Source of the DNA: Cyanidioschyzon merolae
Lineage: Eukaryota
Assembly (NCBI GenBank): GCA_000091205.1
Contig: AP006492.2
Strand: one strand, 5' to 3'
Length of the DNA: 64,000 nucleotides
Shown: positions 40,891 through 52,934 of the stretch, one piece after another
Position numbering within the stretch: the stretch's first letter is position 1
How the letters are laid out: every line of letters starts with the position of its first letter
Program-made: the position numbers and the translations under genes
Notes under the pieces: generated by a model
What the model saw: the letters and a program-made list of their open reading frames with translations, nothing else
Told to the model about the DNA's origin: nothing
Databases searched by the model: none

Positions 40891-43047
40891 ATGGATACAA
40901 CCAGCACCGGTACGTGCGGTGCTCTGCCTGACGTGGAGGGCGCTGGTGCTCCAAGCCGTAGGCAGCAGCAGCAGCAGCAGCAGCGGCGGCGGCGGCGGTT
41001 GGCTGTGCTTTTTCGCCGTCTCTGGCGCTACGCGGGACCCGGCTGGCTCGTATGCGTGGCATACCTGGACCCGGGCAACTTGTTTTCTGATATATTATCT
41101 GGTTCTCAGTACGCTTACTCACAGCTGTGGGTAGTCTGGTGGTCGCAGTGGTTTGCACTCTTCGTGGGTTGGCTGTGCGCGCGCCTCGTGCTACGCAGCA
41201 GCCCGCTGGAGGACTTTGCGTCGGCCGAGCGCAAGCGCTACCGGAAACCCCCAGCAGCACGCTATTTTCTCTGGCTCTTTGCCGAGCTTGTGGTTATTAT
41301 TGCCGATATTCCGGAAGTGATTGGTTTCGCGTTTGGAATCCATATTTTGACGGGACTACCTGTCTGGGCGGGCGTGTTGCTGTCGTTCCTTGCGACCTCG
41401 TTGGTTCTTCTGCTGGAGCTTGGTGACTTTCGTTTGGTGGAGATGGTGGTAGCGTTGTGCGTATTCGCATTGGGTCTCGTGCTCCTCGTGTCCCTAGCGA
41501 AATCTGGACTAGATGGCAAAGCTTTCATGGTTGGCTGGTTGTTACCTCGATTCCAAGGAGGTCAGTCGGTCTACGATGCGTTAAGCATCATCGGAAGCGT
41601 TGTGATGCCGCACAATCTCTATCTGCAAACCGGGTCGCTGATCGCGCATCACACTGCGGCGTTCGTGGCGCTCGATATCATAGACAAGGTACATGTGAAC
41701 GAAACGGGCGGGGAATTAGATGCCCAGCTCGTCGACCCCTCGTTCACGAAAGATACCGACGACAACGGCGACGGCGACGCGGACTCCTCCGAACAGGATG
41801 TCGAGGCTGCGGCTGCGACGTCGGCAACGTTGTGGGAATCGGATATGGCGGACAAGTCCCGAGGCGCTGGTTCGGTACAAGACATCGCTGAGGATTCCGT
41901 ATCTGTTGTTGTGCATGCGGCGCACAATGCTCATGCGCACTGGTCTGTGGACGATGCGCAAACCCAGTACGCAGAGCCCGGACCTGATGCGGGAATCACG
42001 TGCAGCCGCTCTGACCTCGAGGACACGAACGCGTCTTCGGGAATAAATGCTTGCACTGGTGAGCGTGCAAGCGAAAGAGGCCTGAATGAACCTCTTTGTG
42101 ACGCATCTAATACCGAGCTGGACGAGATCCACAGCGCCGTGGTACCGCAGACTCAGCAACAACAAGTGGAAGAAGCGCGATGCATAGGGCCGCTCGGCGC
42201 TGATGGGTCCAGCGACATCACTGTCGAGCGAACGCCCGTGCATGTGCTTGGCAAAGGCGATTTTGAGACAAGTGTGAGGCGCTTAAGCGGCAAAACATTG
42301 GAGCAAGAGAATACAACTGAACGACAAGGTTTGGACGTTTCCAGTCAATATCAAGACGGGTTATGCGCACCGGCGCCACTGCCAGCTGTAGGCGCGGTGG
42401 TTCTCGAACTCGTGCTGCCAACATGCTTCGCATTTTTCGTGAATGCGTCGGCGATCGCCATAGCAGCGGAGCACGTGTTTTCGCAAGGATCCAGTACGAG
42501 CGACAGCCTAGGCCTGTACAACTTTTGCAACTTTCTACCCTTTGATGGTGCGTGTATCCTCTGGGGCATCATTCTGATTTTATCTGGAACAGCTTCTACG
42601 GTAACAGCCACGCTGACTGGTAGCTACGTCATGAGCGGTTTTCTCCATCTCCGTATTCCCATGCTCGTCCGAGCCGCCTTGGCACGAGGTCTTGCACTTA
42701 CGCCAGCGCTGATTATTGCCGCGACCTCGGGACCTGCAACGGTGAACGCCATCATCGGCGTCGTGAACGCCACTTTGAGCATTGCCCTGCCGATAGTGCT
42801 GGTGCCTTTACTACGCTGCTCCCATGAGCGGAGGAAATTGCACTGGTTCCCGCACGCGGCCGGTTGGCTCTTTACAGCGTTCATTTTTGGTCTGAACCTC
42901 TATGGGCTCTGTGCGCCTCAGGGTGGCATGTTTGGCCTCTACACTGGTTCGTCAGACAACTTTACATGGTCCGTTCAATCGAACATTCTGCAGGATCTTG
43001 TGGTCCTCTCGTATACAGCCATCGTCGTCTGGCTGGCGGTGTCGTAA
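40891..43047 (+). CDS. NRAMP-family divalent metal transporter with a long acidic/polar insertion
   Basis: 'GPGWLVCVAYLDPGNLFSDI' (DPGN signature) and 'VVMPHNLYLQTGSLI' (MPH motif) with multiple hydrophobic helices. Poly-Q/R at the N-terminus. Ends at a TAA stop. Confidence 0.85.
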   Translation: MDTTSTGTCGALPDVEGAGAPSRRQQQQQQQRRRRRLAVLFRRLWRYAGPGWLVCVAYLDPGNLFSDILSGSQYAYSQLWVVWWSQWFALFVGWLCARLVLRSSPLEDFASAERKRYRKPPAARYFLWLFAELVVIIADIPEVIGFAFGIHILTGLPVWAGVLLSFLATSLVLLLELGDFRLVEMVVALCVFALGLVLLVSLAKSGLDGKAFMVGWLLPRFQGGQSVYDALSIIGSVVMPHNLYLQTGSLIAHHTAAFVALDIIDKVHVNETGGELDAQLVDPSFTKDTDDNGDGDADSSEQDVEAAAATSATLWESDMADKSRGAGSVQDIAEDSVSVVVHAAHNAHAHWSVDDAQTQYAEPGPDAGITCSRSDLEDTNASSGINACTGERASERGLNEPLCDASNTELDEIHSAVVPQTQQQQVEEARCIGPLGADGSSDITVERTPVHVLGKGDFETSVRRLSGKTLEQENTTERQGLDVSSQYQDGLCAPAPLPAVGAVVLELVLPTCFAFFVNASAIAIAAEHVFSQGSSTSDSLGLYNFCNFLPFDGACILWGIILILSGTASTVTATLTGSYVMSGFLHLRIPMLVRAALARGLALTPALIIAATSGPATVNAIIGVVNATLSIALPIVLVPLLRCSHERRKLHWFPHAAGWLFTAFIFGLNLYGLCAPQGGMFGLYTGSSDNFTWSVQSNILQDLVVLSYTAIVVWLAVS

Positions 43048-43879
43048 ACCAGACTTTCGAGCTGTGAACACGAGGGCCAATCGAGAACAGGTTGACTGGT
43101 GCGATTTTCCAGAGACGGGCACGCCAGACCGCTATGGACAGCTTATGCACTCATCCTGGTCATACGTGGACTCGTTCTGGGCTATGCTGAACCCAGCCGC
43201 AGTGTTTGCTGCATGTCGAGATCGCATGTTCGATGCTCGGCGAACCAAGTGCCAACATGGCCATCTGCTGGGAAACCGCCGGAACCCGTTCGAGCAAAGC
43301 GCATACCCGGTGCCCGAGTAAGAAGGACTCGAACATCGCTAGCCGATCAGGCGTCGTGCGGCATCGTTCCATGCACTCGTGATAAACCCGAGTATTCCGG
43401 CCGATTACTTTTCGGCCACGTTCAGGGTCCCAGTCTGTGCCATTGCATAAGCGTACGCGCGCCCATTGCAGACGCTACGCTGGTCTCCTGTGCGCTTCCG
43501 ATCGAGCTGCCACGCGACTGGAATCGAGTTGTTTCGTAACGAACCATGTAGAGCAGACGGGGATATCAAACCGTTGCGTTCCTGCGGTATCCTGTGAAGC
43601 AACGAGCAACAGCGTGGATAATGTACCGATGCTGTGCGTCCTCGCTCTTTTACAGGATTTGATGCATGCATCCATGTCCGTGCGTGTGCATGTGTATGCG
43701 TGCTGCGACACGCTCTCCTGATGCCCAGCCTGCACCTCAGTCGCTGCCATCCGATCTGAGCACGCAGCGGCTGTCGGGGACACGTATGTGCCTGCGGTAA
43801 CGCGAAATTGCTTGCAACGGCCGTCTAGCGCGCAGATTGATTCCGCAGTACGGTGTCGTGATGCGAGGGGCAAGCGCAC

Positions 43880-43881
43880 AC

Positions 43882-43934
<53 letters not shown>
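43880..43934. repeat. (CTGT)n microsatellite, about 13 units
   Basis: ctgtctgtctgtctgt... Confidence 0.95.
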
Positions 43935-44067
43935 GCATGCATACGGACGCTGATCACCACGAAACCGCTATCCCTATCCAGCAACAAATATTGGGACAAC
44001 ATCCACTCCGCGCTCGCTTACAATGCAGTGCCGCAACGATAAAACCGGGGAAAACGGGTGTGCACGC

Positions 44068-45351
44068 TCACGCTTTACTGCGGTAGCGTCGCACCTTCTC
44101 GAGGAGCTGTCTCGCCTCGGGGTTGCGTTCAAAGTGGTCGCGTACAGGTTGCAGAATAAGATTCAAGGCTCGTGCAAGCGCCGGTTTCAAGTCCGACGGA
44201 TGCAAAGCACCAGAAGCATAGTCACGGGCCAGGTCGTCAAAAGCAGCGTAATGGACGGAGCCACCGTGTTCGGGGCGTCGGTCTACCGAAAATCCCCCGA
44301 GCTTCGGCATAACCATGTACTGCAAATATTCGATGCACGGATTACCCTCTACCACGCCCGGAGGGCAAAATGCCTTTTTGATTTTGGTATTGACTTCGAT
44401 TTCAGTGTCTTCCATGAATATAGCCGAGTCCGGATCTGACTTGGACATCTTCTCCTGGCCCTGCTTCAGGCCAGGCATCATCCGATGGGAGAGAATAACT
44501 GGCTTGTGAGGGAGCTTGCGCATGTCGCAGTACTCTCGAGCAAGCACGTTGACTTTGCGCTGGTCCATACCGAGCTGGCAGATATCAGCGCGGAGAAAGA
44601 ATATATCCGCGCATTGCATGCAGGGATAGAGAATTTGCGCAGCGGAAAGTTCATCAGACTCATTGCGTCCCATAATCTGGCAGCATCGAATGATTCGCGC
44701 CAGTGAATTGCGGCGCGCAATATCCATCACCAGCGTCCAGTACTCCGTCGAGCGTTTGGCGATTTCCTCGGACGCCCAGAGGAACTCGACGCGCTCCATA
44801 TCCATGCCGCAAGCTCTCCAGACTTCGATAAAATAGCGACCTACAGTGCGAATCTTTTCCAGATCGCCGCCCAGCTTGTTGTTCAGCTGTGCGAAATAGT
44901 CGGCAATCCAGAACTTGAATACGCAGCCCGCTGCAGTCAGTTTATTCACATTGAGTGCTTTCTGTACGCCCTGCGCGATATGCATACGACCAGAAGGCTC
45001 GAAGCCGTCGTAACAAACCGGCGCTGATTGCTTCTGTGCCAAGAGACGCCACAGTTCCTCTTCTTGAAGGCACTCTTCGGCAACAGATCGACAGAGTGCA
45101 TGGCGCTCTTCCAGCGTTAGAGATCCGGTCCACCAGGATGGTCGAGGCAGTTCTCGGAGCTTGCTGATCGTCACGAGGTCGATGCAGCCGCTGGTGTCCT
45201 GGTCTTGGGCCGGCACGGCTAACGCTCCTTCCGTCACCGGCAGGGCTTCGTTTTCTCCCTTAGTCTGTTGTTCGATTTTGGCGTGATGTTCCTGTTCTTG
45301 AACCAAAGATTCTGGTGCACCCTCTCCCATGAGTGTCGTAAAGCGAAGCAC
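44068..45351 (-). CDS. YARS: Tyrosyl-tRNA synthetase, cytoplasmic type
   Basis: 'YDGFEPSGRMHIAQG' (HIGH-class motif), 'KMSKSDPDSAIFMEDTE' (KMSKS), and near-identity to human YARS1 across 'KIRTVGRYFIEVWRACGMDMERVEFLWASEEI...AAQILYPCMQCADIFFLRADICQLGMDQRKVNVLAREYCD'. Confidence 0.9.
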   Translation of the reverse strand: MLRFTTLMGEGAPESLVQEQEHHAKIEQQTKGENEALPVTEGALAVPAQDQDTSGCIDLVTISKLRELPRPSWWTGSLTLEERHALCRSVAEECLQEEELWRLLAQKQSAPVCYDGFEPSGRMHIAQGVQKALNVNKLTAAGCVFKFWIADYFAQLNNKLGGDLEKIRTVGRYFIEVWRACGMDMERVEFLWASEEIAKRSTEYWTLVMDIARRNSLARIIRCCQIMGRNESDELSAAQILYPCMQCADIFFLRADICQLGMDQRKVNVLAREYCDMRKLPHKPVILSHRMMPGLKQGQEKMSKSDPDSAIFMEDTEIEVNTKIKKAFCPPGVVEGNPCIEYLQYMVMPKLGGFSVDRRPEHGGSVHYAAFDDLARDYASGALHPSDLKPALARALNLILQPVRDHFERNPEARQLLEKVRRYRSKA

Positions 45352-46167
45352 GCGGAGCCTTCGCGCTCTGTTGCGGTTTCCGAGGCAGCGTATACTCGTA
45401 CTGGTGGCGTTTCGTCGACCGAGACCTCAGGCCGCAGCGCGTGCGCCGCGTAACGGAAGCCCGCATGGCGACCCGCACGCCGGACATCCATGGGGGTTTC
45501 TCCTACTCTACGCCGAAGCGCGCGCCGGCAGGCAGGCGCCAGCAGCATCAGCGCCGCGTGGCGGCGTGCGGATCGCGATCCCCCAGCCGAGCACGGGCCG
45601 TACCTCTGGGCAGCGCACTCGTCGGTGGCAAGGTACAGACTGGACTCTGACTCTCAAGGAAAGAGGCTTCGAGTAGGATAGCTTTTGCTGGTGTACGTGA
45701 AGTTGGTAGTATTCGGGAACTGTTTGGCTCATGGAACGCGCAAGCACAGTGATGAAAACGTCGGTTTGACAGCGAGCACTGATTTCTTGAGGGCAGCTCT
45801 ACACCCCCGCCAAGACGCAGTGGAACGCGAGCCCGAACGCGGACGTCCATCTTGATGTTTGGGACTCTACCCAGTGCCATCAGCACAGGGCTTTTCGGCA
45901 AGTCTGCTGCGACTGCTTTCTTTTCTTCTCTCCTAGTTCTCGCTTTATATTAGCCCGTACTTCCATGTCGCTCCAGCTCCGTAGGCAGGCATCAAGGGAT
46001 GTCGATGGCCGCGTTCGAATCCGGATTTTGCCGCCTCCAGCTGCAGTTCATGCTTTTCATGCCCAGACGGAGGTTGTGACATATATTTTCGCATGCCAAT
46101 TCCATCTTCCTTGGACACAGCATTGATGCGTCTTTCGTGGCGGTGACAGTTGAATGCGTGAAGCGGT

Positions 46168-46722
46168 GTGCATGTACAAGTCCACGACGCCTCCTCTGCA
46201 TCCTCCTCAGGGCGCTGTCCTGTGGTGCTTGACGGCTCGCTTGGTCGTTCAGCACATGCCCTTGACCGGCACAGAAGGTTTCGTTCGACGTACGCCTCCG
46301 TTCCCGTGTCGGGTGCGGTGCCCTGCGATCACGAGATTCGCCCTGGCGAATCGCGCAGCGAGTCCTCTGTCTGCTGGATTTGCGAGCGCACGATGCTCCA
46401 TTCGATAGGGGAATCGTGGAGCGCGATTGTACCCATCATGGTACAAATACTGGAAGGAAAAACCACGATGGTGATCAAGTCGAGAAATTTCAATTCATCT
46501 ACGCTCATTTCGTGCAAGGCAGCGACGCAGATAATACAAGAAGCGATCGTTGCGAAGAAGGAGGTCCGAGTCCAGTACGCTTTCGCATGGGGACAAACGA
46601 GGCTGGAGCTTACGGAAATAGATTCCTCGAGCGTTATCATGGTGCAGTCAAGTCACGTCTCGTCGATTGTCGCCAGGGCAGGAGGATCTGAATTTCGTAT
46701 CGAATCGATGAGTTTGGCTTGA
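46168..46722 (+). CDS. Hypothetical protein
   Basis: 184-aa ORF with non-repetitive composition and no recognised domain. Confidence 0.2.
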   Translation: MHVQVHDASSASSSGRCPVVLDGSLGRSAHALDRHRRFRSTYASVPVSGAVPCDHEIRPGESRSESSVCWICERTMLHSIGESWSAIVPIMVQILEGKTTMVIKSRNFNSSTLISCKAATQIIQEAIVAKKEVRVQYAFAWGQTRLELTEIDSSSVIMVQSSHVSSIVARAGGSEFRIESMSLA

Positions 46723-49700
46723 GAATTGCATTGAACCTTCGGCATGTGCTCATGAACAAGTCCTCAAACGCTGACATCGAGCGCCTTTTCTCTTCAATCC
46801 AGCGGCGCAAATTGATGCACGACGACTTTGCTTCAAAGAGAAAGATCAATACTTGAAGAAAGCTAGCGTCGAAGATGCCGCGTGCAAAGAACGGCGATAC
46901 ATGGAGTCACACACGTGTGGATTCTATGATGATATTCGTTATTTTACGAGCCCTTGTTCGAAGTTGCTGCGAACCACCTTGATTCCCACGAAATGACGAA
47001 TTTCAGCGGGAAAGCGCGGATGGAGCAAATCGGGAACAACCTGCAGCTGTCCTACAACTGCGTATGAATCCCGAAGCCTCCATTGCTGCTCTTTGAATAT
47101 CCATACTTTCGGTTTGAAACACAAATTCTGTAAAGGTTCGAAACCTGGGAACAGAACTACGAGTTCAACGTTCCGTTTTGATCTGCTATCGTGTAGGGGT
47201 GAACACCAGTGCCCCGGAGCGTCGTCCTGCCAATCATCGGGGGCAGTTGCTGCTGATCAGCGGCCAATCTTTATCCTTCCACTGGCACGATCACGACATA
47301 CACCATGAGGTTTAGGACCTGGAGGCCGACGGCTTTATTCCAAATGAGCCCATTCGTTGGCACTTGATCTATGATGTCTTGCACATCCAAGGCCCGTGAC
47401 TGATCTCCGATGCGTTGATTTCAATGGCCTCTGCAACCGGCAAGTATTAGCCAAGGTGGCTCGCTGTACTCGGCGCGATGAAGCCTAGAACGTCTGCACT
47501 AGCATGCCATTTTGTCTTCCCTTGTGTTATCTGCAGGGATTCAACAAATGGAATGTCTCCTGGATTGTGGAGAATGGTCACGGGAAGGCTTTATTCCTCC
47601 GGAATTTTTCGACCGAAACCTTCATGCACCAACACAACTGATACTCGGGACATACGACGCAATACGGCCTAATTGCAGGATCAGAGACTCGCAAAACATT
47701 TATGCCAGAATACCTGGGCGTATCGGCATGCCACCTCGGTACCCCGAACATCCACAACGCCGGTACCAGAACGGATGAAACCTACATCAGGAAACAACAC
47801 GGTACGATGGTCCATATCCAGCGCATCATGAAGCAAACTCTACGACCTTTATAACCTCACCCGAATGGTACGGAAAAGTAAATACTGATATAAAGAATTC
47901 TTGAGATATGGACGAAGGCAAATGACGAGCTGACGCGGAACCATACGAGATGGTATCGAGATCGAAGGAGAAGTCGTAACGAGCGCGAGAGACGCTTAAG
48001 ATCGACCAAGCGCATGGTGTTGTGGTCTCGTTCTCGGACACACGTGGCTAACACTCCAAGGAGCGCTGCAACGTGATACCGGCCTGTTTTGGATGACGTG
48101 CTTCTGCGTTTCTCTTGACAGAAATCTTGAGAGCACAGCACAATTCCTCCATAGATTCGAGAGCAGTGGTCGCTTTCGACGTCCTTTAAGTATGACCCGC
48201 ATTCTTCAAGTCTAATTATTTCCCAGTTAACACATGTGTACTGCAGTCTGTCGCATCGTTCGTGAGCTACGTCTGGTCTCTTTGAGCAAGTACGAAGCAT
48301 CCAAAGTCACTTGCGAAAAGCGTTGACGGGACTCGTTCATCGTTCCTCAGCCACAGGGATGAAATGAGAAGAAGCTGATCGGATGATGGAGACTGACGGC
48401 ATATCAATCTGCATGCACTATGTGCAACATAAACCCGGGTCGTGGACCGAGACTCCTTTTCAAAGTTTCAAGACAGACGAAGACGAAGACGCCGCGCTGA
48501 GCGTGTGGATCGCCCGATGAAGCACACGGCAGCCGTCGCAGTACGTTTCAATCCACAGGACAGATCCAACGATCTGAACGAAAAGCAGATGAAGCTGCAT
48601 ACGTTCTTCAGGGCTCCGTGCGAGCGCGAGTCGAGCACCTTGATCGCCAGCGCGCATGCGAACGACTGAAACAGCGGCATCGCGACCAATCTCGACGCTC
48701 TGAATACCGCATCGAGCAGCTAATCACGCTTTGATCGCTTCACGCTGACACTTCGTGTACGTCCAAATGGCTCATGTGGACGTCCTTCGGCAGGCCGACA
48801 CGGAACCGCGTCCGAGTCGCCGACGTTTTCGGCTTTATGGAGACCGGCAACGGACTTTCGCCAACCCGGTCCATGAGTTGGAAAAAGCAAATCACCGAAA
48901 AGCCGTATGCACTGGTGGTAGCCTACGGCAATGCGCGTTCTGTGACGCCTGAAGACAGCGCTCGTTTTCGCTCGACGAGCGCGTGCAACCAGTGCAGACA
49001 TTGATGCCGCACGATTCCCATCAACGAATTCCGGGCTTCGACGTACGCACACCATGAGCACGGGTGCACGCTAGATCTGCCTGAGACACAGAGCATGGAA
49101 CAGAGCCGAATACAATGGATGCTGTATTGTGAACTGAACAAGCGTCAAATGGCGCAGTACCTGGAAAAGGAGACGCATCCTACGATGTGATTCCGCGAAG
49201 AGATGATGCGCGCAACCACGAGATGCACCGAAAGCTGAACGCCTCAATCAAGATCCGGAAGCATCTCGTGGTTTCGGAGGATTCAGCGGTATTCTGTGGA
49301 GCGACACTTGTGAGCGCATCGTTTTGTATACAGTATATGCATTGTGTTGGCACGTCGAAGACTTGCAGGGAGAAAAATCAGCCGTCATCCGGGCTGGCAT
49401 TGGACGCTTGCCTGGAGCAGCGCGCATCTATAATGGGGTCCAGCAAGCAGGCAAGCATGAATCGCCATATATACATTGGGAATGGTCTCCCTGCGTCATT
49501 GGTGAACGATAAGACTTCTCCACTACTCCATTCTACTGAATATACCAAACACACACTGAAAGACATTCATGAAGCAGGCGATCTAGTGCCTCGTAGCGCT
49601 GTCCTCGTGGCCGTGGCGCGTGTTGTGGCGCCTGGAGACCTGCCAACGAGCAGCGATCGTGCATCCCATACCAGTACGTAATACGCATTCAGTTCGTTAC

Positions 49701-50219
49701 ATGCAGTCATGTTGCGAGGAGCATGTCGCGCTGTCCAGCAGCCGTGGAAACTCCTGTCTGATGCATGCATCTCTTCGCAGACAAGTCGTCTGAGAAATGT
49801 ACAAATGATGTTTGGCTGAGTTTAGCATGCGCAACGCTGATATTCTATAAACACAGACTATCGCTCCAAGTTCCCAGTACAAATTGCTGAGCCAGCATCT
49901 CGCTCCATTTCCGAGATCGGTCGCTAGTAAGCGTAACGCCTTGTCGGCGACGAGCGCTGTACCTCGCACAACACAGATCGAAATTGGAGCCGCTGGCACT
50001 CGGTACACCTCTGTTGCAGACCAGCATCAAGAATGCAGCGATCGTGTCTATCACTCGCGTATAGCACATGGCACCTGTGGGCGTCTACCATTCGGTTTTG
50101 AGGGACGGAGCGCCAAGGTTTCCCGGTCATTTGCTCGGTCTCCGTAGACACGACGACATATCACGTGATCGAAGGTAAACAGCACGCATCGATGATACGG
50201 TGCAGATACGAGAGCGCAT

Positions 50220-51170
50220 CTAGAGCTGTGCCTCCATATCCTTGGTTATACCTTTCATGGTAGGCTCTAGGACACGATCGATAAGTCCATACTCCCGCGC
50301 TTCTGCAGCCGTAAAATAGCGATCTCGCCGAAAATCCTCCTTGATCTTTTCCACCGGGTGTCCCGTAAATTCTGACAGATGATGAAGCCATTGGTCGCGT
50401 TGGCGCAGCACGTTCAGAACTTCAGTCTTAATATCCTCTGCACTGCCCTCGACATCATCCAGTAGACTCGGCTGCTGGAACAGAAACCTAGCGTTTGGTA
50501 GCGCAAATCGTTTCCCTTTTGTCCCGCCAGCGACAAGGAACGCACCCATACCCGCCGCCATACCCATGTTCAACGTTATGACATCGAACGGCAAGTTTTT
50601 CACGCAATCGTAAATCATCATCCCCGCAGTGTAAATACCGCCCGGTATCTGACAATAGAGCCGCACAGGTGACACCGAGTCTTCCTCCTTCATCTGCAAT
50701 AACAACGCGACGGTCTGATTAGCGACTTCCTCGTCTATTTCCTCACCGAGGAAAATTATTCGGTCTTTATTTAAGCGTTGCATGAGGTCAATGAAAACGT
50801 ACTCCTGCATGCCGGGACCGCGGTACGGCACCCGCGGCATTGTCCGACTCATCTGTACGAGCTGGCAGGCGTTACGCTGGCACCGCCGACGTCCCGAGCA
50901 CGTGTTCCCAGCGCGGTACACGCCTTGTCCACGAAGGTATACGAGCTTGTGGAGAAAGCCCTCGCCAGCCCGGGCACCGCGTGAACGGACGCCCCGTCCA
51001 GCACCAGAGTCTATACCGGCTACGCGACGGACCAGCGTACGTCGTGTTTGCGCTGCCCCAGGACTGGAGCTCGCCAGTGATGAAACGAACATATTCAACC
51101 AGTCAGAGCGATGTGTAAATCGTTCAACAGACGCTTGGCTAGTGGCGTAGCGCTTTGAGGACAACAACAC
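50220..51170 (-). CDS. ClpP-family protease subunit, apparently catalytically inactive (ClpR-like), with an N-terminal extension of about 100 aa
   Basis: Aligns with E. coli and human ClpP: 'RIIFLGEEIDEEVANQTVALLL', 'GGIYTAGMMIYDCV', 'GMAAGMGAFLVAGGTKGKRFALPNARFLFQQP', 'RDRYFTAAEAREYGLIDRVL'. The catalytic Ser position (GQAASMG) reads GMAAGMG and the catalytic His (MIHQP) reads LFQQP. Confidence 0.8.
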   Translation of the reverse strand: MLLSSKRYATSQASVERFTHRSDWLNMFVSSLASSSPGAAQTRRTLVRRVAGIDSGAGRGVRSRGARAGEGFLHKLVYLRGQGVYRAGNTCSGRRRCQRNACQLVQMSRTMPRVPYRGPGMQEYVFIDLMQRLNKDRIIFLGEEIDEEVANQTVALLLQMKEEDSVSPVRLYCQIPGGIYTAGMMIYDCVKNLPFDVITLNMGMAAGMGAFLVAGGTKGKRFALPNARFLFQQPSLLDDVEGSAEDIKTEVLNVLRQRDQWLHHLSEFTGHPVEKIKEDFRRDRYFTAAEAREYGLIDRVLEPTMKGITKDMEAQL

Positions 51171-51298
51171 GAAGATGCAGTGGTTACGTCATGCGCTGCG
51201 ATGAACGTGTCGGGTGCGTCGGCGCGGCAGGTGCACCAGTCTAGTGGCATTCGTTCACTGTTTCGCGAACAGCGACTCCAAGGCTTGTTACCGCATAG

Positions 51299-52021
51299 TT
51301 GACGTACCCTGGTGCGTATGGGGGCGGAATGCACGATCACCGACCTGGGCATACCGACTCGCTTGAGCGTGACGATAAGCTGTCTGCTGAGGACCTTTTA
51401 ACGTTTGCTGTAAAGGCCGTTTTCGAACGCTGGACTGCTTTGCGGCTCGCAATAGCTGGATGCTGGGCTGGTTCGGACACCACGGAGCGCGTTGACGACC
51501 TCATCGACGACGTGATCGAGCTTTGTCTGGGTCAGAGGCAGCGAGCGGATGGAAATATCTTGCCGTACTCGCAGAGGATACTGAGTTCTTGGCTAGAGGA
51601 CTTTTTCGTCGAGGACTGTTCTGCCGACGTTGAAGACGGCAGCATCGGGCAAGTCGCTGTTGTGATCGATGGCTTGCGGACGGAGATCTTGCGTGCAGCG
51701 CCGTGTCCTGTCGCAATGTGGCGCGAGGTGTGTCCTGAGCTCGCCAAACTCGCGGATCGGGTGCGATCAGAGCGAGCGCAAGGCCGGTCGCTGCTCGCTT
51801 CTACTGAAGAGTCGTCAACTTCCGAGGGAAGCCTCAGTGCGGAGCAGCGCGCAGAAGACAGCGTTGCTGACAATGCGATGGAAATACTGCCACGACCAAC
51901 AGCGGATAATCCCTCTGATGCCAATGAAGAGAATGACACTACTGAGCTACCTCTCGTAGATGAGGACGGCTTCCAGCTCGTTGTTTCGCGTCGACATCGG
52001 CGAGCATTTAAGTCAACGTAG
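51299..52021 (+). CDS. TSR2: TSR2-like pre-rRNA processing protein
   Basis: 'FAVKAVFERWTALRLAIAGCWAGSDTTERVDDLIDDVIELC...SSWLEDFFVEDCSADVEDGSIGQVAVVI' follows the TSR2 domain pattern (W.aLqiAv..gwGG...ek.ewl.......f......d..EdGS..qva), with an acidic Ser-rich tail. Confidence 0.6.
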   Translation: MTYPGAYGGGMHDHRPGHTDSLERDDKLSAEDLLTFAVKAVFERWTALRLAIAGCWAGSDTTERVDDLIDDVIELCLGQRQRADGNILPYSQRILSSWLEDFFVEDCSADVEDGSIGQVAVVIDGLRTEILRAAPCPVAMWREVCPELAKLADRVRSERAQGRSLLASTEESSTSEGSLSAEQRAEDSVADNAMEILPRPTADNPSDANEENDTTELPLVDEDGFQLVVSRRHRRAFKST

Positions 52022-52934
52022 CATAGCGGGCCTGCGACATGCACGATATTCTTGGATCCACTGGATGCACCCACTTGCCAGCCGGCAGGTAACTGGATGG
52101 AGTCTGCTGGTGGCAACTCGAAAGATAACTTCCCCTGCGAAGCTTACAGTGGTGTCGTGGTGTCGGCGACTTGCTCCAGCATGACGCTGTTTCGTACTTG
52201 GACCGACGATTCGCACGGATTCGTCTTCCATACAGGCATTGGTACTGATGCCTTTTCCTCGAACGAGTCGTATGCTCAGCTGATTGCGTTCATTTCAGTT
52301 GCTGTACCGAGATTCTCTGACAAAGCGCCTCGGATCCACGGCACAATCATTGATGTCATGCTCGCAATCCATCGGCGTTTCTTTTTGCGCGCGGCCTTGA
52401 GCTGCACCTCCGATTCCATGGAGTAAAACAGCGTAGAGCGCGTCTGTCCTACTTTTCAATATACGATCGGCTGTACTTACATGATCCTGGATGCCCGCAA
52501 AAGATGAAGCTCGGCTTCCGTACCATTCACTTCTCATTGGCCTCGAGTGCGGTGGCCACAGCTGTAAGATGTACGAGCTGGAACGGTAGCAGAAGCACTG
52601 GCAGCGCTCCTGACGAACATTTGTGTTCACGTTCTGCGATTTTATGTGTGCCCGATGGGAAATCCCTGTTGTGGTCGAAGCGGATCGACACCGCGTCAGC
52701 GGCAATGCCTCAAGTTCACGTCTCGTACAGAAGCATTGCTCCAAAATCTCCGTTTATGATGCGCAGGATTTTCTGATTCCGGAGCGCATGAGCAGCGCTG
52801 TCATGAAGAGCGATCGTGAATGATCACGCTGGGTGCCCCACGAGATGCCTGATGCATATTCTCGCACCGAAGTATTGCTCTATCATCGCCGTTCGCAACG
52901 CACACGACTAACTGAATGCGACGAGCGACGGACG

